From Verrucomicrobiales bacterium (GTDB lineage Bacteria > Verrucomicrobiota > Verrucomicrobiia > Limisphaerales > Palsa-1400): 64,000 nucleotides of DNA. The position numbers and the translations under genes are program-made. This document shows, one piece after another, positions 47,342-55,791 of the stretch. The first letter of the stretch is position 1. The number at the start of each line of letters is the position of its first letter. Location: the NCBI GenBank assembly GCA_003140095.1, contig PLIU01000491.1, positions 2,789-66,788 on the forward strand. Direction: 5' to 3'. The notes below the pieces were generated by a model. The model ran no database searches, was not told the DNA's origin, and saw nothing but the letters and a program-made list of their open reading frames with translations.

Positions 47342-48051
47342 ACCCGGATATGCGCGCATTCCTGGCGGCGTTGGACACGGAGATCGTGTTCGGCCAAGTC
47401 GCCGTGCGGCGGCTGGAGCGCGGGTTTGAATTGCGCCACGAGTCTGACCGTTCCGCCGCCGCCGATAACTTGACAACACTCAAAGGAACCGAGTTGCGCA
47501 CGTGGTCGCAACAGGCCGCCGGCGGCGCCTTTCGACCGCTGAAGTCCGCGCCCAATTTGCGGGCCGGCTGGCGGGCACTGGCGGCGGACAGCGCGGCCCT
47601 GGAGCTTCTGCTGCACTACCTTTATCCGGGCGCGGTCGCGGATTGGTTTGCGGCGCAAGCGGCGGCTCCGCCGATCACTTCCTACCGCCAGTTCACGGCG
47701 CGGCAAACGGGGATGTATCGCATCACGACGATGCTCCAAGACGCGATTGCCGGAGCGGCCATTCGCGCCTGCTGTCATGTCGATTTTTGCCTGAAGCGGC
47801 GGCTGTGGTCGGTGGAAGGATTGGAGGCGGACGCCGCCGGGGCGAAGAGCCTCATCCCATGCCTTGAGCCGTGCGCGTTGCTGCTGGAATTCGCCCGGAA
47901 AGTGGCGCGGCTGGAGCAAAACGACGCGCCGCCATCGGAGGAACCGCAGGCGGACGCGGCGGAAGGCGACTTCGACGCCCCCAGCAATCCGAGGCGGAAA
48001 CGATTTGGCTTGGAAAAGCAAGCCCTGGCGGCTAAAAGAGCAGTGGAGTAA
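47338..48051 (+). CDS. Cys-rich protein of unknown function (DR2241-family-like, possible Fe-S domain)
   Basis: 237 aa. ATGA overlap with thiS. FRPLKSAPNLRAGW, ARQTGMYR, ACCHVDFCLKRRLW...IPCLEPCALLLEFAR. The family assignment is from memory only. Confidence 0.55.
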   Translation: MNPDMRAFLAALDTEIVFGQVAVRRLERGFELRHESDRSAAADNLTTLKGTELRTWSQQAAGGAFRPLKSAPNLRAGWRALAADSAALELLLHYLYPGAVADWFAAQAAAPPITSYRQFTARQTGMYRITTMLQDAIAGAAIRACCHVDFCLKRRLWSVEGLEADAAGAKSLIPCLEPCALLLEFARKVARLEQNDAPPSEEPQADAAEGDFDAPSNPRRKRFGLEKQALAAKRAVE

Positions 48052-48062
48052 GATAACATTCT

Positions 48063-49220
48063 ATGAGAATTACCATTTCAATGACGATGTTGGGTTTGTG
48101 GAGTCTGGCCGTCACGGCGGCGGCGCAACAAGTGCCAGAGTCATTGCTGCCTCCGCCCACCAACCAAGTGCCGGCGGCGTTGATACCGCCGGCCACTAAT
48201 CTGCTTACGCATACCCTGGCCGCCAAGGCGCCCGACGCGGCTTGGGAGGAGCTGCAGTCCGCCTCGCACCGGCCCGAACCCCCCGCGCAGTGGCAAGCCA
48301 AGGAGCCGAGCGAAAAGGAGATGGCCGATTTTCTCATGCCCTATGCTTTGGCATTGATGGACAAAGCGAAGGATTTTTACACCCGATTCCCCCAGGACGG
48401 CCACGCCCTCGAGGCCCGCAAGCAGGAAATGGAAATGACAGGCGTGGCCGTGAGCCTGGGCGCCACCAATCAACAATCCCGCCTGGACACCGCGGAGAAA
48501 ACCTTGCTGGCCGACCCCGCGCTTTCCGAGGATGACCGCTTCAGCATCCGCCAAAATGACATCGAACGCGCCGCCCAAGCCAAGGAATCCGAGGGCGAGG
48601 CGGTCGCCGTCGCCGAGTTAGAAAAGGGCGTCCGCGCCTTGCAGAAGGAATTCCCCAAGCGGCCGGAACTCGTGCAGATGCTGTTGGAAATCGCGGGCGA
48701 TGCCGAAAGCGGGAAGGCCCGCGCCCTGTTGCAGGAGATCACCAACAGCTCCGCCGCCAGCGACGAAAGCAAACAGTCCGCCACCGGCGAGTTGAAGAAA
48801 CTGGACTTGGTCGGCAAACCCGTTGATCTGCGCTTCACCGCCGTGGACGGACGCGAGGTGGATGTGTCGAAAATGAAAGGCAAAGTCGTGCTGATCGATT
48901 TTTGGGCGACGTGGTGCGGGCCTTGCGTGGCCGAATTCCCGCATGTCAAGGAGGCCTTCGAGAAGAATCATCCCAAGGGTTTTGAGATCGTCGGAGTGAG
49001 CCTGGACCAGGAGAAGGAGAGTCTGACGCAATTTGTCTCCGGTCATAACATGGCCTGGCCGCAATACTTCGACGGCCAGGGCTGGGACAATAAATTGGCG
49101 GGGCAATTCGGCATCACCAGCATTCCCGCCATGTGGCTGATCGATAAAAAGGGCAACCTGCGGGACCTGCACGCCCGCTCCGACCTGAGCGGCAAAGTCG
49201 AGAAGTTGCTGGCCGAATAA
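48063..49220 (+). CDS. TlpA/ResA-like thiol:disulfide oxidoreductase with N-terminal helical domain
   Basis: 385 aa. Signal peptide. Thioredoxin fold VVLIDFWATWCGPCVAEFPH. Confidence 0.8.
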   Translation: MRITISMTMLGLWSLAVTAAAQQVPESLLPPPTNQVPAALIPPATNLLTHTLAAKAPDAAWEELQSASHRPEPPAQWQAKEPSEKEMADFLMPYALALMDKAKDFYTRFPQDGHALEARKQEMEMTGVAVSLGATNQQSRLDTAEKTLLADPALSEDDRFSIRQNDIERAAQAKESEGEAVAVAELEKGVRALQKEFPKRPELVQMLLEIAGDAESGKARALLQEITNSSAASDESKQSATGELKKLDLVGKPVDLRFTAVDGREVDVSKMKGKVVLIDFWATWCGPCVAEFPHVKEAFEKNHPKGFEIVGVSLDQEKESLTQFVSGHNMAWPQYFDGQGWDNKLAGQFGITSIPAMWLIDKKGNLRDLHARSDLSGKVEKLLAE

Positions 49221-49232
49221 CCCGCGCCCTCC

Positions 49233-49664
49233 ATGCCGCCATTGGATCATTTCCCCTGGATCAATGGGAAATTCCTGGGCATCGCCTGGTCGGTTTGGAA
49301 GGTGGTGGGCTGGCTGGGCAACGCGGTTTTCTTCTCCCGTTTTTTTGTGCAATGGTACGCGACCGAGAAGCGCAAGCAAGTGATGGTGCCCGCGCTATTT
49401 TGGTGGTTGAGTATTGCCGGATCGCTGTTGTTGCTGGCCTACGCTATATTTTACAAGCACGATTCGGTTTTTATTTTCGCCTACGCGTTCACGTGGATTC
49501 CCTACATTCGCAATCTGGTGATCCATCATCGGCACGAAAAAGCGCAACGGCCTTGCGCCGAATGCGGCCTGCTTTCCGCGCCGACGGCCAGCTATTGCAG
49601 CCAATGCGGCGTGAAGCTGTCGGGTTCGGCCATCGCTCCCGAGCATATCAGCCGCACCTCTTGA
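49233..49664 (+). CDS. Lipid-A-disaccharide-synthase N-terminal (LAB_N) domain membrane protein with C-terminal zinc-ribbon
   Basis: 143 aa. GWLGNAVFFSRFFVQWYATEKRK..LLLLAYAI. CAECG..YCSQCG tail. Confidence 0.72.
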   Translation: MPPLDHFPWINGKFLGIAWSVWKVVGWLGNAVFFSRFFVQWYATEKRKQVMVPALFWWLSIAGSLLLLAYAIFYKHDSVFIFAYAFTWIPYIRNLVIHHRHEKAQRPCAECGLLSAPTASYCSQCGVKLSGSAIAPEHISRTS

Positions 49665-49787
49665 ACGCGTTGCCCCCAAGAGATAGGGCTTTCGGGCGGA
49701 TGGGAAGAATTCTGCCTCACACCCATTCGGAAACAAGCTCTGGATCGAAGCTTGAAATTGCGCCAGGAATGAGGTTAGTTATGTGCC

Positions 49788-50009
49788 ATGAGTTCAATTG
49801 CCGAGATCGAGCAGGCCATTGCCAAGCTGTCCACCCGGGAATTTATCGAGTTGGAACGCTGGCTCGCCGCCGAACGAAATCGCAAATGGGATCAGCAGAT
49901 TGAGGCGGATTCCGCGTCCGGCGCGCTGGACCCGCTGTTACGGGAGGTCGAAGAGGACGTTGCCAAGGGAAGGACACGCCCGACGGATGAACTCTGCGAC
50001 AACTCCTAG
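49788..50009 (+). CDS. Putative type II antitoxin (addiction-module-component type)
   Basis: 73 aa. MSSIAEIEQAIAKLSTREFIELERWL... Overlaps the downstream toxin-like ORF by 23 nt. Confidence 0.6.
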   Translation: MSSIAEIEQAIAKLSTREFIELERWLAAERNRKWDQQIEADSASGALDPLLREVEEDVAKGRTRPTDELCDNS

Positions 50010-50256
50010 ATTTCGCCGAGCGTTCGCTGTTTTGCCGGTGGAAACCCAGCGTCGCGCGCGCAAAGCATACCATCTCTGGCGCCAGAGCCACAGCCACCCG
50101 TCGCTTCACTTCAAAAAAGTCGGTAAGATTTGGAGTGCGGGTGTCGATGACATCTCCCGCGTGCTGGCGCATGTGGTTGGAGACACCGCGCATTGGTTTT
50201 GGATTGATCCACATGAGGAGTACGAAAGACTCATTTCGCAGTACCGAAAGGGTTGA
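49987..50256 (+). CDS. Putative type II toxin (RelE/ParE-superfamily-like)
   Basis: ORF 49798..50256 trimmed to ATG 49987. ..FRRAFAVLPVETQRRARKAYHLWRQSHSHPSLHFKKVGKIWSAGVDDISRVLAHVVGDTAHWFWIDPHEEYERL. Confidence 0.6.
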   Translation: MNSATTPRFRRAFAVLPVETQRRARKAYHLWRQSHSHPSLHFKKVGKIWSAGVDDISRVLAHVVGDTAHWFWIDPHEEYERLISQYRKG

Positions 50257-50317
50257 CGTCTGCAGGTTGTCATGCATTCCGCTCTTCATGGAATGCCGGC
50301 CAGAAAGTCCGGCCGCC

Positions 50318-53300
50318 TCACTGATCCAGAGGTTGCAGGCCAATGGTGCCTTGCAGACTGGCCAGGTATTCGCCGGTCTTGACCTTGTGGCACATGGCGC
50401 GGGCCGACTCCAATCTGGCCGGGATGCCCAGGCGTTGCGCTTCCTCGGCGTAGTTTTTCTTCTTGAGGAAATTCTCCAGATACGTCGCGTGATGGCGCCA
50501 GAGCTTGATGTCGTGCCGCTGTTTGGCTTCCAGGCGCCGGTCGTACCAGGCGCTGGCCACGACGCTGTCTCGATTGAAGAGCACGCGAAAACCAGGATGA
50601 TTGACATCGCGTCCGTCGCAGCTGCCACGGGCCATGATGTGGAGCAAGGCCTTCAACGGCGGGCACGCCATCTCGATGCTGCCGTCGGCAAAATAACTTT
50701 CCGCCACCCGCTGGTGTGTGCCGACGATGTTGTCCACCCCGTCAGCGAAGACAGCCATGTCCTGCTGCTCCGGGCGGAGCATCTCGTCGGTAAAGACGGC
50801 GAAGGGGTAATTGAAGACGCGCCCGAAAAAGGTGCGGACAAAACTGGCCGTCATGCGGTAGCCCAGCCGGCTGGCCTGCACCTTGCAGCCGTTGAAGTCG
50901 AAGTCTTCGCATTTTTCAAAGTAGCCATTGTCAATCAAAAATGCCGGCTGGCGCTCCGCCGGACTCATGCGGCACCAGACCTCCGGTATCAGCAGGCTGA
51001 TGTCGTGATCCACCCGCACATGGGACCCAATGTAGCCCGCGGCGGAAATGAACGCGTCGTAATCGGTCAGGGCGAAGGAAACCAGCGCGGCGTTGAGGTC
51101 GATGATGGGCGGCAGCGCGTTGAAGGGGCCTTTGGTCAGCGCGCCTTCCGAGCCGGCGCCGGTGGTGGAGGGCGACTTGCCGGTCATGCTGGAAATGAAC
51201 TCCATGAACAATTCCGGCAGTTCCATGTAATGCACCGGATTGAACACCGCCAGCGAACGGATGCGCGCCGCCGGATCGGGCGGATTGTTCCGGCGGCCCG
51301 GCACCACCACGTTGACCGGGGTGTAGAGCGGCGTGTCCAAGGAAATGCGCCGTTGCAGGCGCGTCGCCATCTCGGCCGCGTGGACCTCGCGGGCGTGGAC
51401 TAGGTCCGGGCGCTTTTGCAGGTAGCGCGGGTTCTTGGAGGGCTGGCCATCGACTATTCGCGGATGAGCCGAGGAAACGAAATAGCGCGGGCCGTCGTTT
51501 TTGAGCGCATCAAGTATAAGATGCTGCATCGGTTCGGTGTAGGTGGCGAAGCCGATGGAGTCCTCGACCAGTTCGCGCGCGTCCCGCGCGGTGAGCGGCT
51601 GGAAATTGGAGAGAAAATTGTCCGGCTCCGAGAGGTCCATTTCCGCCTGTTGGTCATAGCCGCGATGAATCGCCTCGTCCGGGCGCTGGAAGAGGCGGCT
51701 TTCGGTGTTGTGAACAAACTTGACTGACGGGTTGGAATACTCCGGGTTCAAATGGTGGAGCGCGCCGGCGGGAACGACGACCGAGGCGGTGATGTCGTCC
51801 TCGGTTTGCAGTTTGGCCGCGGGATGAAAGTCCTTGCGCAGTCCAAAGACGCGCCAGGAACCGTCGGCGTCGTAGCCCACGCGCAGAAAATTGGAGACCA
51901 GCTTGCGCCCGTCGCACTTCAATTCGTTGCCGGGCGTGCCGTTAATTATATCGACGCTGAAATGCTCGCGCCAATGGGCGCCCCACGAAGCTTTGTAGAA
52001 GCGCTTGAGGACGAAAAGCAGCTCCAAAAGATACTGCGGAATCAAACTGAGCCACTGGTTGAACTTGTCGGTGTAGTCCTTGGCCGAAGGGGTGAACAAC
52101 TTGATGACCGAGCCGAGGGAACGTTCGGAACTCAGGATGAGCCGCGTATCGACGCCGATTTTCAACGGGTCGCGGAAGCGGTCCGAGTAATCGCGGGCAA
52201 TCAAGTCAGCCAGAAGGTCGAAGTCCTTTTTGAAATCGGCAGTGAACACCGGGCCGTGAATGATGGCGTCGGTAATAGGTTTGGAGATTTCCGATTTGCC
52301 GCCGCCGGAGACGGTGGAGGGCTTATGGCACAAGGTCGGTTCGGCGACCGTGCCGATCAGGCGCCAGGTGCGGTTGGCCGAGGGCTTCTCCATTTGCACG
52401 CGGTAGCCGGAAGGACGGATGTAAATCTTGCCGGCCAGCAGCTTGATTGCCCTCTCGCCGCCTTCCGCCGGCCAGGTGATGGTCTGCTTGCGCAAATCGA
52501 ACTGCACGTCGCGCGGCACGTAAACGATGTCCGGGTAAAGCTTGTCAATCGCATAGCCTTCCGGCTGCAGCTCCATGGCCGAACCGGCCAATTGCAGGAC
52601 CTCCTCGAAGGAATGCCCCCGGGAACGCACGTGCTTGTCGGTGTAGAATTCCTCGCCCAGATCGTAGCTGGCATGGACGCGCGCGCCGCCGGCGTGTTCC
52701 TCCTCGCACAAGCCGTAGAGGTTGGCCGCGTAGCTGATCTGGGTCTTGACCTCCTTCTTGCAATATCCGAAGTAGTTGTCCGCGATGATCGTGACGATGA
52801 CGCCGCGTTCGTCCCGTGCCGTGATTTTAAAAGCGCCGCCGTCGTTGTAAAACTCGTTCTCGTCTTTCCAACACATCCCGTCGCGCTGCTGCCGTTCGCT
52901 GGCCGCGTCCCACGGCGGCAGGCCGAGCGATTTCTTGGTCAACTTGACCAGATGCGGAGCCAGGATGATGCAGCCCGTGTGGCCCGTCCAATGGGCCGCG
53001 TCCAGTCCCGCGTCATTTTCGGGCAGGAACGGGTCGCCCGCGTTGCCGAAGATCGATTCGACGAAATCCAGGTTGCTAACCAAATTGCCCGGCGCGAAGA
53101 AGCGGATCTCCATGGACTTCTCCTCGATGAACCCCGCCACCGCGGGGCAGACCACGGGCCGCATGAGCAAGGAAACAAAGCATTCCGCCTGCTCGGCCTG
53201 CGTGGAGGTGAACGGCAAGCGCAGCAAGGAGGCCGGCGGCTGCAACGCCTGCGCCAATAACCGGCCAAAGACGATGTTGGGCACGGCCTTTTTGTCGTCG

Positions 53301-53764
53301 GGAATCGGCAGGCCGCCCTCCGTCACGTGAAAGACGCCCTGCGTGGTACGCCGGTCGCTGGCCGGATTATGCAGCACGCCCTGGCACAAACGATACGAGC
53401 AGATGATATCGGACATGAATTCGTCGCGGTCCGGGGGCAGCGACAAGGCGCGGGCCAGCCCCGGACTGTCCAGAACGAACGTGCGCCTGGGCCAGGGCGC
53501 CGTGAAGCCGGCGTCATAAAGATAGTCGCGCAGAAAATGGTCGATGCGCCAATCGGCCGGGCAGAGGTAATCGGCCAGCAGCCGCATGGTTTCCTTTTGG
53601 CGTGAAAACATGGGAGCCGCCAAACCCGGCAGGGCACTGACCGCGCCGTTGTGGAAAGTAGGGCAGCCGGTCAGAGCCAGGCGCAAATTGATGCCTTCGA
53701 TGAGAGTGGAGTCAGGCCGGCCTTGATTGGCCGCCCTGTCGCTGAAGATGGTATCCGACTTCAT
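50318..53764 (-). CDS. 1148-aa PEPCK-like protein, candidate PPi-dependent phosphoenolpyruvate carboxykinase
   Basis: Uninterrupted 3.4-kb ORF with GC-rich third positions. P-loop-like PSTVSGGGKSE. NYFGYCKKEVKTQISYA resembles the GTP-PEPCK segment GYGGNSLLGKKCFALRIAS. Its size matches reported PPi-PEPCKs of about 1100-1150 aa. The functional call is from memory. Confidence 0.55.
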   Translation of the reverse strand: MKSDTIFSDRAANQGRPDSTLIEGINLRLALTGCPTFHNGAVSALPGLAAPMFSRQKETMRLLADYLCPADWRIDHFLRDYLYDAGFTAPWPRRTFVLDSPGLARALSLPPDRDEFMSDIICSYRLCQGVLHNPASDRRTTQGVFHVTEGGLPIPDDKKAVPNIVFGRLLAQALQPPASLLRLPFTSTQAEQAECFVSLLMRPVVCPAVAGFIEEKSMEIRFFAPGNLVSNLDFVESIFGNAGDPFLPENDAGLDAAHWTGHTGCIILAPHLVKLTKKSLGLPPWDAASERQQRDGMCWKDENEFYNDGGAFKITARDERGVIVTIIADNYFGYCKKEVKTQISYAANLYGLCEEEHAGGARVHASYDLGEEFYTDKHVRSRGHSFEEVLQLAGSAMELQPEGYAIDKLYPDIVYVPRDVQFDLRKQTITWPAEGGERAIKLLAGKIYIRPSGYRVQMEKPSANRTWRLIGTVAEPTLCHKPSTVSGGGKSEISKPITDAIIHGPVFTADFKKDFDLLADLIARDYSDRFRDPLKIGVDTRLILSSERSLGSVIKLFTPSAKDYTDKFNQWLSLIPQYLLELLFVLKRFYKASWGAHWREHFSVDIINGTPGNELKCDGRKLVSNFLRVGYDADGSWRVFGLRKDFHPAAKLQTEDDITASVVVPAGALHHLNPEYSNPSVKFVHNTESRLFQRPDEAIHRGYDQQAEMDLSEPDNFLSNFQPLTARDARELVEDSIGFATYTEPMQHLILDALKNDGPRYFVSSAHPRIVDGQPSKNPRYLQKRPDLVHAREVHAAEMATRLQRRISLDTPLYTPVNVVVPGRRNNPPDPAARIRSLAVFNPVHYMELPELFMEFISSMTGKSPSTTGAGSEGALTKGPFNALPPIIDLNAALVSFALTDYDAFISAAGYIGSHVRVDHDISLLIPEVWCRMSPAERQPAFLIDNGYFEKCEDFDFNGCKVQASRLGYRMTASFVRTFFGRVFNYPFAVFTDEMLRPEQQDMAVFADGVDNIVGTHQRVAESYFADGSIEMACPPLKALLHIMARGSCDGRDVNHPGFRVLFNRDSVVASAWYDRRLEAKQRHDIKLWRHHATYLENFLKKKNYAEEAQRLGIPARLESARAMCHKVKTGEYLASLQGTIGLQPLDQ

Positions 53765-53900
53765 TGTCGGGAGAGAATCATGCAGAAACGGCCCGAGCTT
53801 GGCAATGACTATTCTTGGCTGCGACTTTCTTCCTTCTTTCTTCCATTCTTGGCTGTCCCACTAGAGCAAAGGCCAGGAGGCAGGCAGGCGGGTCCCACCT

Positions 53901-54616
53901 TCAGTTGTGCGACGCCCGGTAGAAACCGGGCTGCGCGCCAAGGGGGGGAATATTTGTAAACGCCAGCAAGGCCGTGGCGGCGTTGGTGGCCAAGAGCGTG
54001 TTCCAGCCCGACGGATCGGCGAGATTTTGATTGAATTGAATGGTGTAGGCATATCCTGGCTCAGTCGGCAAATCGAAGCGGAATTGGCCGTCCGGCAGCA
54101 ACGCGACATTGATCATCACCAGGGAAGCATCTCAGCCTCAATGTCGTACAGCTACCCGGCCTGCAAGGTACCGTTTGCCATCACCGTCCCGTCAGAATTG
54201 ACCAGACCATTGAACGCTATAGTTCCGCGTACGTTCCCAAAAGGCAAACATGAAGAGACGAATTGATAATGGGACGTGTTTGTGACTTCGAAGAGTATAT
54301 AAACCGATGTCACCCCAGCATTGCCTAAATACATGCCGGCGTTTACGCTAACGCTGCCCAAGCCGATGAATGTGCCACCGGCGCAAGAAACTGATTGCGC
54401 ACCGTACACGGAACTCCCGTCAACGTCACTAGAGGCATTCCCGGCAGCGGAGAAGTTTTCCGCGCTGGACTGAGACAACGTCCCGCTCCCCGGACTACCA
54501 ATAACGGAAAAATCACTGGCCACAGTAAAAATGTCGGGTTGGGGGACCGGTGTCGCGCAAACTTGGAGAGCCAGGCCGCTGCCAAGCAGAATTTGGATCA
54601 GATTTTTGTTTTTCAT
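53901..54616 (-). pseudogene. Secreted beta-rich protein apparently split from its C-terminal FY-type domain (stop plus frameshift)
   Basis: ORF 54152..54616 (signal peptide MKNKNLIQILLGSGLALQVCA) ends at TAG 54152-54154. ORF 53901..54119, in another frame, encodes only a ~70-aa C-terminal domain (..YAYTIQFNQNLADPSGWNTLL..GFYRASHN) like that of the 4633..7035 protein. Confidence 0.45.
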
Positions 54617-54736
54617 ATTTCTTATCCGACTCTGTCCGATTACCTGGCAGAAACGGTGAGGGATTCGAAGCCGGAAGACAAGTCAAGAATGTCGCGTTTA
54701 AAGGCTTGATGATTCACGTAGCGCCAGTTAGGAGAG

Positions 54737-55081
54737 ATGGCCGTGAAACGCAAATTTCGATCATCACGCGATATCATTATCCGAACCAATGGTTGGGCCG
54801 AGGCCACCAATTTTTACGGCTCCGTGCTCGGCCTGCCAGTCGCGCACCGGAGCGAAACGCTCATGGGCTTCGAGACAGGCGCCTTCTGTTTGTACGTCGA
54901 GAAGGGCAAGAAGCACGGGCCGGTCTTTGAGTTCCTGGTGCCTGACGTTCAAGCCGCAAAACGCAAGCTGATCGCCGCGGGTTGCACCGTGGTGGAAGAG
55001 AACGCATCCAGCCCACGGTGCTACATTCGAGACCCATACGGTCTCGTGTTCAACCTCGGCAAGGCGCGCGCTGAGAAATGA
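54737..55081 (+). CDS. VOC-family (glyoxalase/bleomycin-resistance fold) protein
   Basis: 114 aa. ..FYGSVLGLPV...YIRDPYGLVFNL. Confidence 0.8.
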   Translation: MAVKRKFRSSRDIIIRTNGWAEATNFYGSVLGLPVAHRSETLMGFETGAFCLYVEKGKKHGPVFEFLVPDVQAAKRKLIAAGCTVVEENASSPRCYIRDPYGLVFNLGKARAEK

Positions 55082-55084
55082 AGC

Positions 55085-55333
55085 TGTGGATAGCACCTTG
55101 GTTTTCGGCGAGTTGCACCGCGCAATTTGATGGGCGCTGGCCGGCGTGATTCAAGCCCTGCGCTATCTGCAAGGCAGCTCCTGCGCTCGCGCGGTTTCGA
55201 CGGCCTTCTTGAGTTTGGAGCCAAATGCGTACGTGCTGGACGGGTTGCCCCATTCCGAGGTCAGATAAGGCACCATGGCCTCAAGCACCTCCGGCGCAAT
55301 GGGCTTTGTCGCGTTGTGGTCGAGATAAATCAC
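55085..55333 (-). pseudogene. N-terminal remnant of a cysteine desulfurase (NifS/IscS-like)
   Basis: (GTG 55331-55333) IYLDHNATKPIAPEVLEAMVPYLTSEWGNPSSTYAFGSKLKKAVETARAQ, then a stop. Weak continuation in another frame. The PLP-binding body is absent. Confidence 0.6.
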
Positions 55334-55791
55334 ATTTAACTTTGCTGTCGCGTGATATTCAGCCGTCCCTTCGGGACTTGTGCAATCCAAATGCGCCTTC
55401 CCCGGCGTTTGAAACGCCGGGCTATGGTCAGGATGTCCTTTGGGACAAAGGCCGCCGAGCCACCCGCTCCTGGCCTAGCCAGGTTGAGAAGAGTCCCGCC
55501 GCGCCACAGGACAATCCGTCAAACCAAGTTTGACGGACTGGCCATTGGATTACACTGTAGTATTGACTCACTACAACACTACAGCTTTTTCGAGCTTTTT
55601 GGTTTTTGGTTTTTCAGGGGATTTTTGATTGACTAGGTTGGACGGATATATTCGCATATTTCCGGATTGGTGCCGAGCCAGGCTCGCGCTGGGAAATGAA
55701 GCTGTGCCGGTGGGGCGAGACTCTGTCGAGCCGTAACTTTATTCCGCCGAATCCAGTCACGGCTCGACGGAGTTGCCCTACCGAGTTGGAA

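Noticed and set aside
47056-49379. Minus-strand ORFs 47056..48021 (321 aa) and 48618..49379 (253 aa)
   Set aside because: They are antisense to the thiS / DR2241-like genes and to the TlpA-like / LAB_N genes. They are shadow ORFs.
50135-53260. Plus-strand ORFs 50135..51403 (422 aa) and 51752..53260 (502 aa)
   Set aside because: Both are antisense to the uninterrupted 1148-aa PEPCK-like gene. Their translations are Arg/Gly/Ala/Val-rich with no motifs.
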